Source: an uncultured Candidatus Peribacteria bacterium
Lineage (GTDB): Bacteria > Patescibacteriota > Gracilibacteria > UBA1369 > 2-02-FULL-48-14
Direction: 5' to 3'
DNA: 59,201 bases
Assembly: GCA_964601715.1 (NCBI GenBank)
Contig: CAZROM010000003.1
Coordinates: forward strand, 36,533-95,733
Positions 37,866 through 46,917 of the stretch are shown piece by piece; position 1 is the stretch's first letter, and every line of letters starts with the position of its first letter. A model generated the notes under the pieces. The model saw only the letters and a list, made by a program, of their open reading frames with translations, was not told the origin of the DNA and made no database searches. Both the position numbers and the translations under genes were made by a program.

Positions 37866-39314
37866 ATGGCAAAATTTTACCTTACGAATGCGATTGCTTA
37901 TGTGAATGCGGGTCCACACATGGGACATGCGCTGGAACTTTGCCAAGGTGATGCGCTCACTCGTTACCATCGTATGATTGGGGATGATGTGCGTTTTTTG
38001 GTGGGAACGGATGAACACGGAAGCAAAATCGCTCAAGTGGCTAAAGACAAAGGTTTGGAGCCTCAAGCGTTGGCGGATCAAAACAGTGCTTTGTTTGTGG
38101 AGATGAATGAAAAATTTGGAGCGGCAAACGACGACTTCATTCGCACAACCAGCGATAGACACAAACGAGGAGCTCAAAAAGTGTGGAGCCTGATTGCTGC
38201 GGCTGGAAAATTTTATGAAAAGGAATACGAAGGAAAATACTGCACGGGGTGCGAAGCCTTTATTTTGGACAAAGATTTGGTGGACGGAAAGTGTGCCATC
38301 CATTTGCGTGAGCCTGAACTTTTGAAGGAAAGAAACATCTTCTTCAAACTTTCGGAATACACCGAGGCGATCAAGGCAAAAGTGCTTTCGGGTGAACTTG
38401 AAATCAGACCCAATTCTCGACGCAATGAGTTCCTTTCTTTTTTGGAAGAAGGTTTACAAGACGTGAGTTTTTCTCGTCCTAAAACCAGTTTGAAGTGGGG
38501 GATTCAAGTTCCTGAGTACGACGATCAAGTCATGTACGTGTGGTGCGACGCGCTCACCAATTATTTGACGGCGCTGGGTTATGCGGATGATGAGGTGAAT
38601 GTTGAGAAATTTTGGCCCGCCGATGTGCATTTGATTGGAAAGGACATCATTCGTTTTCATTGCGGAATCTGGATTGGAATGCTCATGGCGGCGGGCCTCC
38701 CTCTGCCCAAAGCAGTGTACGTGCACGGATTTGTGACGAGTGAAGGACAAAAGATGAGCAAGTCGCTCGGCAATGTGGTGGATCCTATGGAGCTTTTGAA
38801 CAAGTACGGTGCGGATCCTGTGCGTTATTATTTGCTGCGCGAAATTCCTAGTGACAACGACGGAGACTTTTCTCGCGAGCGTTTCAAGGTGGTTTATAAA
38901 GATGAATTGCAAAACACTTTGGGGAATTTGGTTCGTCGCATGCTCACGCTCGCGATCAAAAACTTTGAAGGCAAAGTTCCAGTCGGGGATGGAGCTTTGC
39001 AAGCAGCCATCGATAAAGCCTGGGCTGGATTCCACGAAGGCTTCCTTGGATTTGATATGAAGGGCACGCTCGAGTCCGTCATGGAATTGGCGCGTGCTGG
39101 GAACTTTTACGTGGATAGTGAAAAACCTTGGGAGCTGGCGAAAACGGATCGAGCGCGCCTAGAAGTCGTGCTCGGAAATTTGATTGTGCTTTGCCGCGAA
39201 CTTGGAAAAATGCTTCAACCCGTGATTCCAGAAACTTCACAAAAAATCCTCACCCAGTTGGGTGAGGAATCTTTGATTCTCGGTGAGGCTTTGTTCCCTC
39301 CTCTCGAAGATTAA
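37866..39314 (+). CDS. metG: Methionyl-tRNA synthetase (short form)
   Basis: YVNAGPHMGHALE (HIGH), a CTGCEAF...GKCAIH zinc knuckle, and QKMSKSLGN (KMSKS). 482 aa. Confidence 0.95.
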   Translation: MAKFYLTNAIAYVNAGPHMGHALELCQGDALTRYHRMIGDDVRFLVGTDEHGSKIAQVAKDKGLEPQALADQNSALFVEMNEKFGAANDDFIRTTSDRHKRGAQKVWSLIAAAGKFYEKEYEGKYCTGCEAFILDKDLVDGKCAIHLREPELLKERNIFFKLSEYTEAIKAKVLSGELEIRPNSRRNEFLSFLEEGLQDVSFSRPKTSLKWGIQVPEYDDQVMYVWCDALTNYLTALGYADDEVNVEKFWPADVHLIGKDIIRFHCGIWIGMLMAAGLPLPKAVYVHGFVTSEGQKMSKSLGNVVDPMELLNKYGADPVRYYLLREIPSDNDGDFSRERFKVVYKDELQNTLGNLVRRMLTLAIKNFEGKVPVGDGALQAAIDKAWAGFHEGFLGFDMKGTLESVMELARAGNFYVDSEKPWELAKTDRARLEVVLGNLIVLCRELGKMLQPVIPETSQKILTQLGEESLILGEALFPPLED

Positions 39315-39688
39315 TTGTTTTCAGCAGGCGCTTCGGTGTCGGTTTGAACCATAGAAGCAGCGAGGTCGGCAGCGCTCACGCCAGCCGTGGTGAGGGCATC
39401 TCCACAAGTGGATTCCATTTGAGAAGTGGCAACGCTCTTAACAGTGTCTACTTCTGCAGTTCCTTGAATGGAAGCGAGGTAAGTGTCGATGTCTTCAGGC
39501 TTGTCCCATCCGTAAGTGTTCATGATGGTTCCTGTCTTTTCAGTGATCTGATCGAAAGTAACGTTTTGGTCAAAAAGCAGACAAGCGGTTTCGGCCATAG
39601 CCATTCCAGCGTTTTCAGCTTGAGTGCCAGTGGAGCCGCATGCGCTAAGCACGAGCGTGGTGAGTAGTAAGAATGCGAATTTGCGCAT
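39311..39688 (-). CDS. Small lipoprotein, last gene of the pilin/ATPase operon
   Basis: MRKFAFLLLTTLVLSAC lipobox. 125 aa. The 3' end overlaps the metG 3' end by 4 nt. Confidence 0.7.
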   Translation of the reverse strand: MRKFAFLLLTTLVLSACGSTGTQAENAGMAMAETACLLFDQNVTFDQITEKTGTIMNTYGWDKPEDIDTYLASIQGTAEVDTVKSVATSQMESTCGDALTTAGVSAADLAASMVQTDTEAPAENN

Positions 39689-39725
39689 GGATAAAATTTA
39701 GGAATTAAACATGCGGATTCTACTC

Positions 39726-40154
39726 TTAGCTTGCAGAAGAGTCCACCTGTAAGATGATGGAAATGACTCCTTGAACGATGGAGTAGGAAACCAGAACAAT
39801 GATGAGACCAGCGAGGGACCAAAAGAGTCCACGTTTTCCGCGTTCGATGCGTTCATCTTTACCGAAGGCAAAGATGTAATTGGCTCCTGCTAAAATCACA
39901 AAAAAGATGGCGATGGTCGCCATGAAGAGCAGAATTTGACTCACCATGTTTCCTACGAAAAGAATCACAGTTTGAGTGGCGGCGGTTTCTGGATGAGCAG
40001 CGTCGGTGGCAGCGGCAGTGTCCCAATCGGGAAGATTGTCGGGGCGCAATGTGTCGGGAATTTGAATGGCGGCAAAAACGCCTTGAGTCAGCATCCAAAA
40101 CAAGGTGGCAGCCAGTGCAGTTAAGAGCAGTTTTTTAAAAATTGATTTATTCAT
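39726..40154 (-). CDS. VirB2/TrbC-like (T4SS-type) pilin paralogue 4
   Basis: Signal peptide ending GVFA|A. Two hydrophobic helices are joined by the charged loop FAFGKDERIERGKRG. 142 aa. Confidence 0.75.
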   Translation of the reverse strand: MNKSIFKKLLLTALAATLFWMLTQGVFAAIQIPDTLRPDNLPDWDTAAATDAAHPETAATQTVILFVGNMVSQILLFMATIAIFFVILAGANYIFAFGKDERIERGKRGLFWSLAGLIIVLVSYSIVQGVISIILQVDSSAS

Positions 40155-41023
40155 TGAGATTGATTTTGAGTGTCGGTGAAAAGATCATCGTTCACTGTCG
40201 TGCTGTCTTGATTCAAGTTGAGGGTTGCGATTCCGACGATGATGGCGTAACCCAAGGAAATCAAAGCGAGAGCGATGGCGGACCACATGATAATGCCTTT
40301 GGCTTTGGTGACCGCTTCTTCGTTACCGCGTTCCATCACGATCAAAGCGCCTCCGTACACGAAGGAAATGAAAATCAAAAACCCAACGAAGTACATGATG
40401 TTGGTCACGATGGCAGGAACGATTTCTCCTAAAAAGTCTCCGCTGGGGAGGGAAACGCGTCCTTGCTCATCTTGGCTTTCGATCATGGTTTGCACACTGG
40501 GCAGCAAAATGCTTGGATCGTTTTTAACGTCGACGGCGTGCGCAGTGGGAACAACCCATGAAATGAGCGAAGTGTTGGCTTGAGCACTTTGTTGAGGCAG
40601 CGCCACGGAAACCACAATCGATACGATGGCGTAGGCCATCATGACAATGATGAATCCAAAAATGCTGTAACGAAGATTCGTTTTACCACGCCCCAATTTG
40701 CTTTCGTCGCCATAGGCGGTGAGGAGTTGGATGGCCGAAACCAAAATTCCTAAAAAAGCCGTGATGCCCAAGAGTCCGATTCCGATGTTGAATGCATGAG
40801 GCACAGCGGTATTTAAAACATAATCTTGCAGGGTCCCGCCTGTGGTTCCTTCAGGAGGTCCTGGAAGAAAATCAGGTTGAAAAATTTCTGGAGCATCGAC
40901 TTTTGTCGCTTCACTCGCGGTGCTGGTGGAATCGGTTGAGCTGCTTGTAGCGTCTGCCCAAACTGGACTGGCAGAGGCCAAAACAGTGAAAGCGACTAGA
41001 AATGTGAGAATTAGTTTTTTCAT
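40151..41023 (-). CDS. Tandem double VirB2/TrbC-like pilin-domain protein
   Basis: Signal peptide ending PVWA|D. Two helix-loop-helix modules have loops TAYGDESKLGRGKTN and MERGNEEAVTKAKG. 290 aa. 4-nt overlaps with both neighbours. Confidence 0.75.
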   Translation of the reverse strand: MKKLILTFLVAFTVLASASPVWADATSSSTDSTSTASEATKVDAPEIFQPDFLPGPPEGTTGGTLQDYVLNTAVPHAFNIGIGLLGITAFLGILVSAIQLLTAYGDESKLGRGKTNLRYSIFGFIIVMMAYAIVSIVVSVALPQQSAQANTSLISWVVPTAHAVDVKNDPSILLPSVQTMIESQDEQGRVSLPSGDFLGEIVPAIVTNIMYFVGFLIFISFVYGGALIVMERGNEEAVTKAKGIIMWSAIALALISLGYAIIVGIATLNLNQDSTTVNDDLFTDTQNQSQ

Positions 41024-41838
41024 CCGCCGAAGAAGTCAGGATTAATGCTGTACAGGATCAAGGCTGCCATGAAGAGCAGCACAATTCCAGAAAGCGATTG
41101 AGTGATTTTTTGCTTGGCTTCAGAAATGTCGCCACTCACTCCCGCCACGCTGATTCGCACGCCGTTCAAAATGATGGTGGCAACGGCAATGGCACCCACC
41201 GCAAAAGCCCCGAAGGTGAAGATTTGTTTCACGTACAGTTTCAAAAGCCCCATTCCTGTTGAAGCAATGATCCATTGGCGAAGTTCACAGTTGGGGTCGC
41301 CACCCGTGACGCCGCTTCCTGTGCCGTTGGCAGCGGCAGTACACTTAACATAAGTGTCTGTGTAATATGTTCTTGTTTCGTAACAGGTTCCTGTTTCATC
41401 GTAAATCAAGCAGCAAACGCCATGATACAAATTTACAATCTTATTTGTCTTGTCATCCGTTGTTGGCGTAGCAGAACTCACGACTTCGGCAACTTCTGAG
41501 ATCACCTGACTGGTGCAATCCCCTTTTTCAATGAATTTAGTGGATGGATTTTCGATGCCACAATAAGAATCGTCAGGGATTTTGTCGTTGGCGTCTTCGC
41601 TTTTTGGATCATCCACGAAAGTTTCGGAATACTTTTCGGTGTATTTCTCTTCGATGTTTTCAAGCTCGCTCTTCACGACGTCTTGTTGGTTGTCTTCGTA
41701 AATTGTTGAAGTCTGGTAGCTTGCGGCATACCCAAAATTACAAATTCCAAGCTGCATTTTGTCGGCTGCATTGGCGAGCGGTGCCACGGTGAGTAGCACG
41801 AGCATTTGAGCGAAAAGGAGGAAGGAGAAGATGCGCAT
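41020..41838 (-). CDS. Cys-rich ectodomain protein with a C-terminal VirB2/TrbC-like pilin module
   Basis: Signal peptide ending LANA|A. Eight Cys in the about 170-aa ectodomain. C-terminal helix-loop-helix with loop AGVSGDISEAKQK. 272 aa. Confidence 0.7.
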   Translation of the reverse strand: MRIFSFLLFAQMLVLLTVAPLANAADKMQLGICNFGYAASYQTSTIYEDNQQDVVKSELENIEEKYTEKYSETFVDDPKSEDANDKIPDDSYCGIENPSTKFIEKGDCTSQVISEVAEVVSSATPTTDDKTNKIVNLYHGVCCLIYDETGTCYETRTYYTDTYVKCTAAANGTGSGVTGGDPNCELRQWIIASTGMGLLKLYVKQIFTFGAFAVGAIAVATIILNGVRISVAGVSGDISEAKQKITQSLSGIVLLFMAALILYSINPDFFGG

Positions 41839-42266
41839 CAGTAGAAGAAGGATTGAACGCCTACAGCAATGTAGTAGGCGAGGAAGGCGAAGACGAGACC
41901 TAGAATGGCGGGAACGATCATGTTTTTCCCTTTTTCGAGTTTTCCTTCGTCTCCATTTGCGGTGGTGAGAAGGACGCCACTGTAGAAAATAACGAGGAAG
42001 GCGAAGGTTCCGATGAGGAGTAAAAGCACATTGATCACGCGAGCAATGATGGCGATGATGATGTTTCCATCTGTGTTTGCTTCTGCATAATCTTGGATGT
42101 TTTTACTGATCGTGGTGCTGCCATCCACGTTGTCGGTTGCCACTCCGTCGACACTGAAAACGTCGAAAACGTCGAAATTGTCTACGGTCGAAGCTTGCAC
42201 GGGGATGGGGCTAGCGAAACTGATGCTGAAGAGCAAAAGTAGGCTGGCGAGGAGTTTTCGGATCAT
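41838..42266 (-). CDS. VirB2/TrbC-like (T4SS-type) pilin paralogue 1
   Basis: Signal peptide ending PVQA|S. Helix-loop-helix with loop TTANGDEGKLEKGKN. 142 aa. 1-nt stop/start overlap with the downstream gene. Confidence 0.75.
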   Translation of the reverse strand: MIRKLLASLLLLFSISFASPIPVQASTVDNFDVFDVFSVDGVATDNVDGSTTISKNIQDYAEANTDGNIIIAIIARVINVLLLLIGTFAFLVIFYSGVLLTTANGDEGKLEKGKNMIVPAILGLVFAFLAYYIAVGVQSFFY

Positions 42267-42276
42267 GGCGTGTGAA

Positions 42277-44331
42277 CTAATCCTTAACAGTATACCTTTT
42301 TTTCAGCTTTTCTTCAACCTGTAGACGAGGTCTTGTGAGCAATTCACGCGAATGATTTTGCAGGCGTTCTTTGTGGAGCTCCGTTTCGGGCAGGATTTTG
42401 TCCACATGCACTCTGAAAACCGCTTCCAGTTCTTGGTTTCGTAAAAAGCGGCTGTAGGCCTCAAAAGGATCGAGGGAAGTGAGGTCGTTTTCAGTGAGTC
42501 CAAAGAGTGGTGCTAAACGAAGGGCATCTTCGTTGCCGGTGCGGAAGCAAACCAAGGAACCGACATTGCCCAAAATGGCTTCTTGGATTTCTTCGGGAAC
42601 TTGGGTGAGGTATTGATTTGCGAGCGTGAGGGCGAGGCCGTATTTTCGAGATTCGGCCAGCATCGAAAGCAGTGTGGGTGTGCTGAAGTTTTGGAATTCG
42701 TCGATGCTCAAGAAAACCGTGGACCGTTGGTTTTGTGGGAGGTGGGCGCGCGCGAGCAGCGCGCTTTGAATCATTGAAAGTAAAACCATGCCTAAAAAGC
42801 GACTCGCGTCTTCGCCCAGTTTTCCTTTAGAAAGGCTAACGAGCAATATTTTTTTGTCGTTCATCAGCGAGTCGATTTTGATTTTGCTTTTGGGTTGGCC
42901 AAAGATGTTTCGCAGCAGGGGCGAGGTTAAAAATGGGCCCACTTTGTTGAGGATGGGCGCGGAATGTTCTTGGCGAGCGCGCGCCTCCAAATTCAAATAT
43001 TCGTCTTCAAAAAAACGCTTCAATTCCAAGTCTTCGAGGCGTGACATTTTTTCTCTGCAAAAGTCCGCATCCGTGAGTAGACGAGGTAGATCCAGCAGAG
43101 TGCTGTTGGGACTTTGGATCAAGGTCAGCAAACAGTTGCGCAAAATGTGTTCCAGCCGTGGACCCCAACTGTGCGCCGCCAAAGTCTGGAACATTTCTAC
43201 GAGTCCCGAGGCTTGTAAGGCGGCGCTTCTTCCCAGCGTTGGCTCCAAAGGATTCAGTGCCAACGGGAAGTCTGCATCGCTGGGGTCGATCAACAGCACG
43301 TCTTTGTGACGCTCTTGTGGAATCAAACTCAGAGCGTCTTCCACCAAGTCTCCGTGCGGGTCGATGAGTACGGTGCTGCATTTTTTGCGTAGGTCTTTTT
43401 GAAAGAGCGCCAGCAGCGCGGTGGATTTTCCCATTCCTGTTTTTCCGAGCAAATACAGATGGCGTTTTCGATCTTCCTCATCCAAATCCCACGGATTCTT
43501 AAGGGGATGGGGCAGGTAGGCGGAACTTTCCATCTTCAAAAAACCGGCGACGGCATTTGGAGTCGGTGGACTCAGCAGCGAGGCCCATTCTTCGGCACTC
43601 AGCACGAGGGTTTGAGGCTTTTGGCTCAGGCTCAATTCGCCCAAGTAGGGCAAAGAAAATCCATGAAAAAAGGAAGAGAAGGCATGCGAGGTTCGGATGC
43701 TGCCGATGAAGAGCGGGCGCGAAACTTTGTCTAAAATGGCGCGTCGTGGGTCTTCTCGCTCATGCAAGGATTCAATCTGTTCTTCCTGCGTTTTCTTGGG
43801 CAATTCGGGATGCGGAAGTTGTGCTCGAATCAAAGGTCCAAAAATGCGCCGCCACGACCAAGTGAACCAGCCTTTACTTTCCCACTGATCAAAATGTCGA
43901 TCGGGCTCGAAATGAAAGGCCTTCACTTTTTTTGCGACTTTCTCACGCTTGTGTTCGGAAATCGGTTTGAAGGAAAAGTGCACGAAGGAATGGGGCGTTC
44001 GTGCAAGCACAGGGATGAGGGCATCCAAAGGATTGATGCGCGTTTTGTTGCTGCGGTCTTCGAGTTGGCTCCATCGTTTGATGGGCAAGAGTGGGCCTTT
44101 TTTTTGCTTCACCCAAAACGCGTTCCCCTCTTTAAATTCTGAAGTGAGTGGTGCATTTCGACTTCCCATGAAATGCGGAGTCCAGTCGTCTGAAGTCAGC
44201 CACTCCACTTTGCCTTTGTTTTCTCTCAGCACGATTTCAATTTTTCCATGCTTTCTTTGCAGCGTGTGGAAGAGGTGTTCGAGCTGGCGTGGATGGTATT
44301 CCTGAGTTTGGCACAGCAAAAATGGATGCAT
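42277..44331 (-). CDS. FtsK/HerA-superfamily P-loop ATPase of the VirD4/TraD/DUF87 type, soluble (no TM segment)
   Basis: 684 aa. Walker A LLGKTGMGKST (nt ~43422-43448), followed by VLIDPHGDL. Walker B VFLSIDEFQNF (nt ~42685-42710). ESRKYGLALTLANQ is a TraG/TraD C-terminal-like motif. Confidence 0.85.
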   Translation of the reverse strand: MHPFLLCQTQEYHPRQLEHLFHTLQRKHGKIEIVLRENKGKVEWLTSDDWTPHFMGSRNAPLTSEFKEGNAFWVKQKKGPLLPIKRWSQLEDRSNKTRINPLDALIPVLARTPHSFVHFSFKPISEHKREKVAKKVKAFHFEPDRHFDQWESKGWFTWSWRRIFGPLIRAQLPHPELPKKTQEEQIESLHEREDPRRAILDKVSRPLFIGSIRTSHAFSSFFHGFSLPYLGELSLSQKPQTLVLSAEEWASLLSPPTPNAVAGFLKMESSAYLPHPLKNPWDLDEEDRKRHLYLLGKTGMGKSTALLALFQKDLRKKCSTVLIDPHGDLVEDALSLIPQERHKDVLLIDPSDADFPLALNPLEPTLGRSAALQASGLVEMFQTLAAHSWGPRLEHILRNCLLTLIQSPNSTLLDLPRLLTDADFCREKMSRLEDLELKRFFEDEYLNLEARARQEHSAPILNKVGPFLTSPLLRNIFGQPKSKIKIDSLMNDKKILLVSLSKGKLGEDASRFLGMVLLSMIQSALLARAHLPQNQRSTVFLSIDEFQNFSTPTLLSMLAESRKYGLALTLANQYLTQVPEEIQEAILGNVGSLVCFRTGNEDALRLAPLFGLTENDLTSLDPFEAYSRFLRNQELEAVFRVHVDKILPETELHKERLQNHSRELLTRPRLQVEEKLKKRYTVKD

Positions 44332-44380
44332 GAAAGCAGGCTAACTTTGCTCAGCGCCTCAGGCGAATCAGGATTTGATT

Positions 44381-45394
44381 TTACTCTTTAAAAAACGTCG
44401 TTGAACCTTCAACAACAGGGGCATCTTTGAGTTTGTCGGCTAAGCCGTGGAGCACACGTTTGGCTTCGTCTAAAGTTGAAATTTGCACCACTTGGGCGCG
44501 AGCTTCGCTCGCGCCATCAAAACCACGAATCAAATGCACGAAGTGTTTGCGCATTTCTTTCATGCCGTGTTCTTCACCTTTGTATTCCACGAGCAATTCT
44601 GCGTGGCGCAAATAGGTGGGCAACTTCTCCTGAAAGGTTTTAGGTGCGACGTAGGTTTCGCCATAAAACTCAGCGGCGATTTCTGCCATGAGCCACGGGT
44701 TGCCCATGGTTCCACGACCCACCATCACACCGTCCAAGTTGCCGAGTTTTTCTCGAGCATCCGCAGCGCTTTTGATGTCGCCGTTTCCGATCACAGGAAT
44801 TTTGAGATGACGCTTCACTTCGTAAATCGGTTCCCAGTCGGATTTGCCCGTGTACATTTGCTTGGCGGTTCGTCCATGAATGCTGAGCAGAGCCACTCCC
44901 GCACTTTCCATGTCTTTGCAGAATTGAATGAACCAAGGTAGATCCACTTTTTCAGAGCCGATGCGCGTTTTGACCGAAACGGGAAGTTTGGTTGCTTTGA
45001 CGGTGGCTTCGATCAACTCGAGAGCGCGGGTGGGATTTTTTAAGAGGGCGCTGCCGTGGTCGCTGGACACCACTTTTTTAGCGGGGCAGCCCATGTTGAT
45101 GTCGATGGCGTCGATGCCCATCTCCTCGATCATTTGTGCGGCACGCGCAAAGTTTTCAGGTCGTTTCCCGAAAATTTGAGCGACCAAAGGGCGCTCTTCG
45201 TTGGGATTGAAATCCAATTGTTTCCACGTCATTTTGCTGTTGTGCACCAAGCCGTCGGCACTTGTAAATTCGGTGAAACAAATCACACGAGGTTCAATGC
45301 CCTTGATGAGTTGGCGATAGGCGGTGTCGGTGTAACCGGCCATTGGCGCCAAAGCCAAGATTGGCCTTTTTGGATTGTTCCAGGAGAAAGCCAT
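44381..45394 (-). CDS. dusB: tRNA-dihydrouridine synthase
   Basis: ILALAPMAGYTD, DINMGCP and SIHGRT. 337 aa. Confidence 0.92.
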   Translation of the reverse strand: MAFSWNNPKRPILALAPMAGYTDTAYRQLIKGIEPRVICFTEFTSADGLVHNSKMTWKQLDFNPNEERPLVAQIFGKRPENFARAAQMIEEMGIDAIDINMGCPAKKVVSSDHGSALLKNPTRALELIEATVKATKLPVSVKTRIGSEKVDLPWFIQFCKDMESAGVALLSIHGRTAKQMYTGKSDWEPIYEVKRHLKIPVIGNGDIKSAADAREKLGNLDGVMVGRGTMGNPWLMAEIAAEFYGETYVAPKTFQEKLPTYLRHAELLVEYKGEEHGMKEMRKHFVHLIRGFDGASEARAQVVQISTLDEAKRVLHGLADKLKDAPVVEGSTTFFKE

Positions 45395-46251
45395 TATTTG
45401 CTGCTGCCAATGAAGGTCACGTTGTCTTTGGAAATGTCGCGGTAGTCGTCGTAAGTCCTCACGCTTTCACCGACATTCCATTCGTAGCCCACTCCTTTGC
45501 TGTCTTCAAAAAGAGCAGAGAGGATGTAGTACTGGTTGGATTTCCCAAATTTGCTGTCGTAAACCGCGTACATGTAGCCAAAGGGTTTGCCTTCGGCGTC
45601 CACTTCACCTTGTTTAGGATCGGCTGGCGTTTTGCTGAACTCATCGCTTTCCACCAAGACTCGAGTCAAATCGGTGGCTTCGGGGTACTTTCCTTTCTCT
45701 TTTCGATAAGCTTCGATCACGTCGGCCATTATGGTCATTTGCTTCACACGTTCTTCGTTGTCGTCCAAATAAGTTGTGTCGTGGGTGAGGCTTCCAACGC
45801 TGGAGTCACTGTTCTCTGCAATGGTGTCACTGCGTTCGCGGTTGGCGAGGTACCAGATCACGCTTCCGCCCAAAAGCACCACAATCACAGCAGGAATCAG
45901 CATGGCAAAAAACAACTGACGTTTATCGATGCGTTCGTTGAAGCTTCGTTCTTCTGCAAAAGTGGGAGCAGGAGCCGCTTCAAATCGGGGAGCCTCGGCT
46001 TTGGGTTCTTCGGTTTTTTCTTCCACTTGCAGGTTTGCAAGAGGGTCATTTGAAGTTTCGTTTTTAGGCATCACTTCTTCGTGACGGCGTTCTTCGGCCA
46101 TTTTCATCATTGCCAAGGCACGTTGATTTCCAGGTTCCAACTCCATGATTTCGGCACAGCCTTGAATCACTTTGTCGTATTCTCCTGCGTTGAACCAAGA
46201 TTGGATGTGATTCAGAGCTTGGGTGATGCTGATGGCTTTTTGGTCGTCCAT
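45394..46251 (-). CDS. Membrane protein with an N-terminal TPR-like segment and an external GspG/pseudopilin-like domain
   Basis: ATG at 46251 (a TTG at 46284 is possible). TM FFAMLIPAVIVVLLGGSVIWYL. External KGKYPEATDL...TPADPKQG...GYMYAVYD...YYILSALFE resembles the T2SS G-type globular domain. Confidence 0.6.
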   Translation of the reverse strand: MDDQKAISITQALNHIQSWFNAGEYDKVIQGCAEIMELEPGNQRALAMMKMAEERRHEEVMPKNETSNDPLANLQVEEKTEEPKAEAPRFEAAPAPTFAEERSFNERIDKRQLFFAMLIPAVIVVLLGGSVIWYLANRERSDTIAENSDSSVGSLTHDTTYLDDNEERVKQMTIMADVIEAYRKEKGKYPEATDLTRVLVESDEFSKTPADPKQGEVDAEGKPFGYMYAVYDSKFGKSNQYYILSALFEDSKGVGYEWNVGESVRTYDDYRDISKDNVTFIGSSK

Positions 46252-46322
46252 AAGAATGAAAAATTTGGCTTTAGAGTAGACCAAAACACGAGGATGATCA
46301 ATCGCACTTCTGGCGGACTGAA

Positions 46323-46889
46323 CTAGAAACTATCCGCTTCGCTGTAGGCAGCGCCACCCACATGAGGGAGTACGGCTTCTAAGGTTCCCCAGATGGATTC
46401 ACGATCCTTGGGCACGATGAGAGTCACTTCATCGCCCACGCTGCCTTTGTAATAGGTCACAGAGGCGAGCAGAACGCGGTAGGTTTTGCCATTGCTGGCC
46501 ACAACCTTGAATTGGCCGTCTTCTTTGGCCAAGGTTCCTCGCACGAATTCGCGATCGATGGGGGAGATTTGTTTGTACAAAAAGGTTCCGTTGGGCAAAA
46601 TCGTGAGTTTGAGGCGATCGCCTTCCACCAATTTGGATTTGCTGGCGTAGTTGGCGGGCACAGGATAGTTCTTTTCGTTGGGACCGATCATGTTTTGTCC
46701 GTCGAAGGTTCCTTCCACAATCTGGCTTTCGCCGGATTCGTAGCTCTTGGCATCGGTCACGTGCAAACGAGGTTCTGCGCGAATGGCATCGGGGGACAGC
46801 TCTGAGAGCAGGTCACGGGCGGACTTTAAAGAAGCCTCGGCGCTATCGATGAGGCGAAGAATTCTGGAAACTTGTTCGGTGCTCGACAT
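46323..46889 (-). CDS. Hypothetical protein
   Basis: 188-aa ORF in the ftsQ-to-dus co-directional block. No motif recognised. Confidence 0.6.
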   Translation of the reverse strand: MSSTEQVSRILRLIDSAEASLKSARDLLSELSPDAIRAEPRLHVTDAKSYESGESQIVEGTFDGQNMIGPNEKNYPVPANYASKSKLVEGDRLKLTILPNGTFLYKQISPIDREFVRGTLAKEDGQFKVVASNGKTYRVLLASVTYYKGSVGDEVTLIVPKDRESIWGTLEAVLPHVGGAAYSEADSF

Positions 46890-46917
46890 GTGATTTTTGT
46901 TAGTGTTTAAGCAAGAT

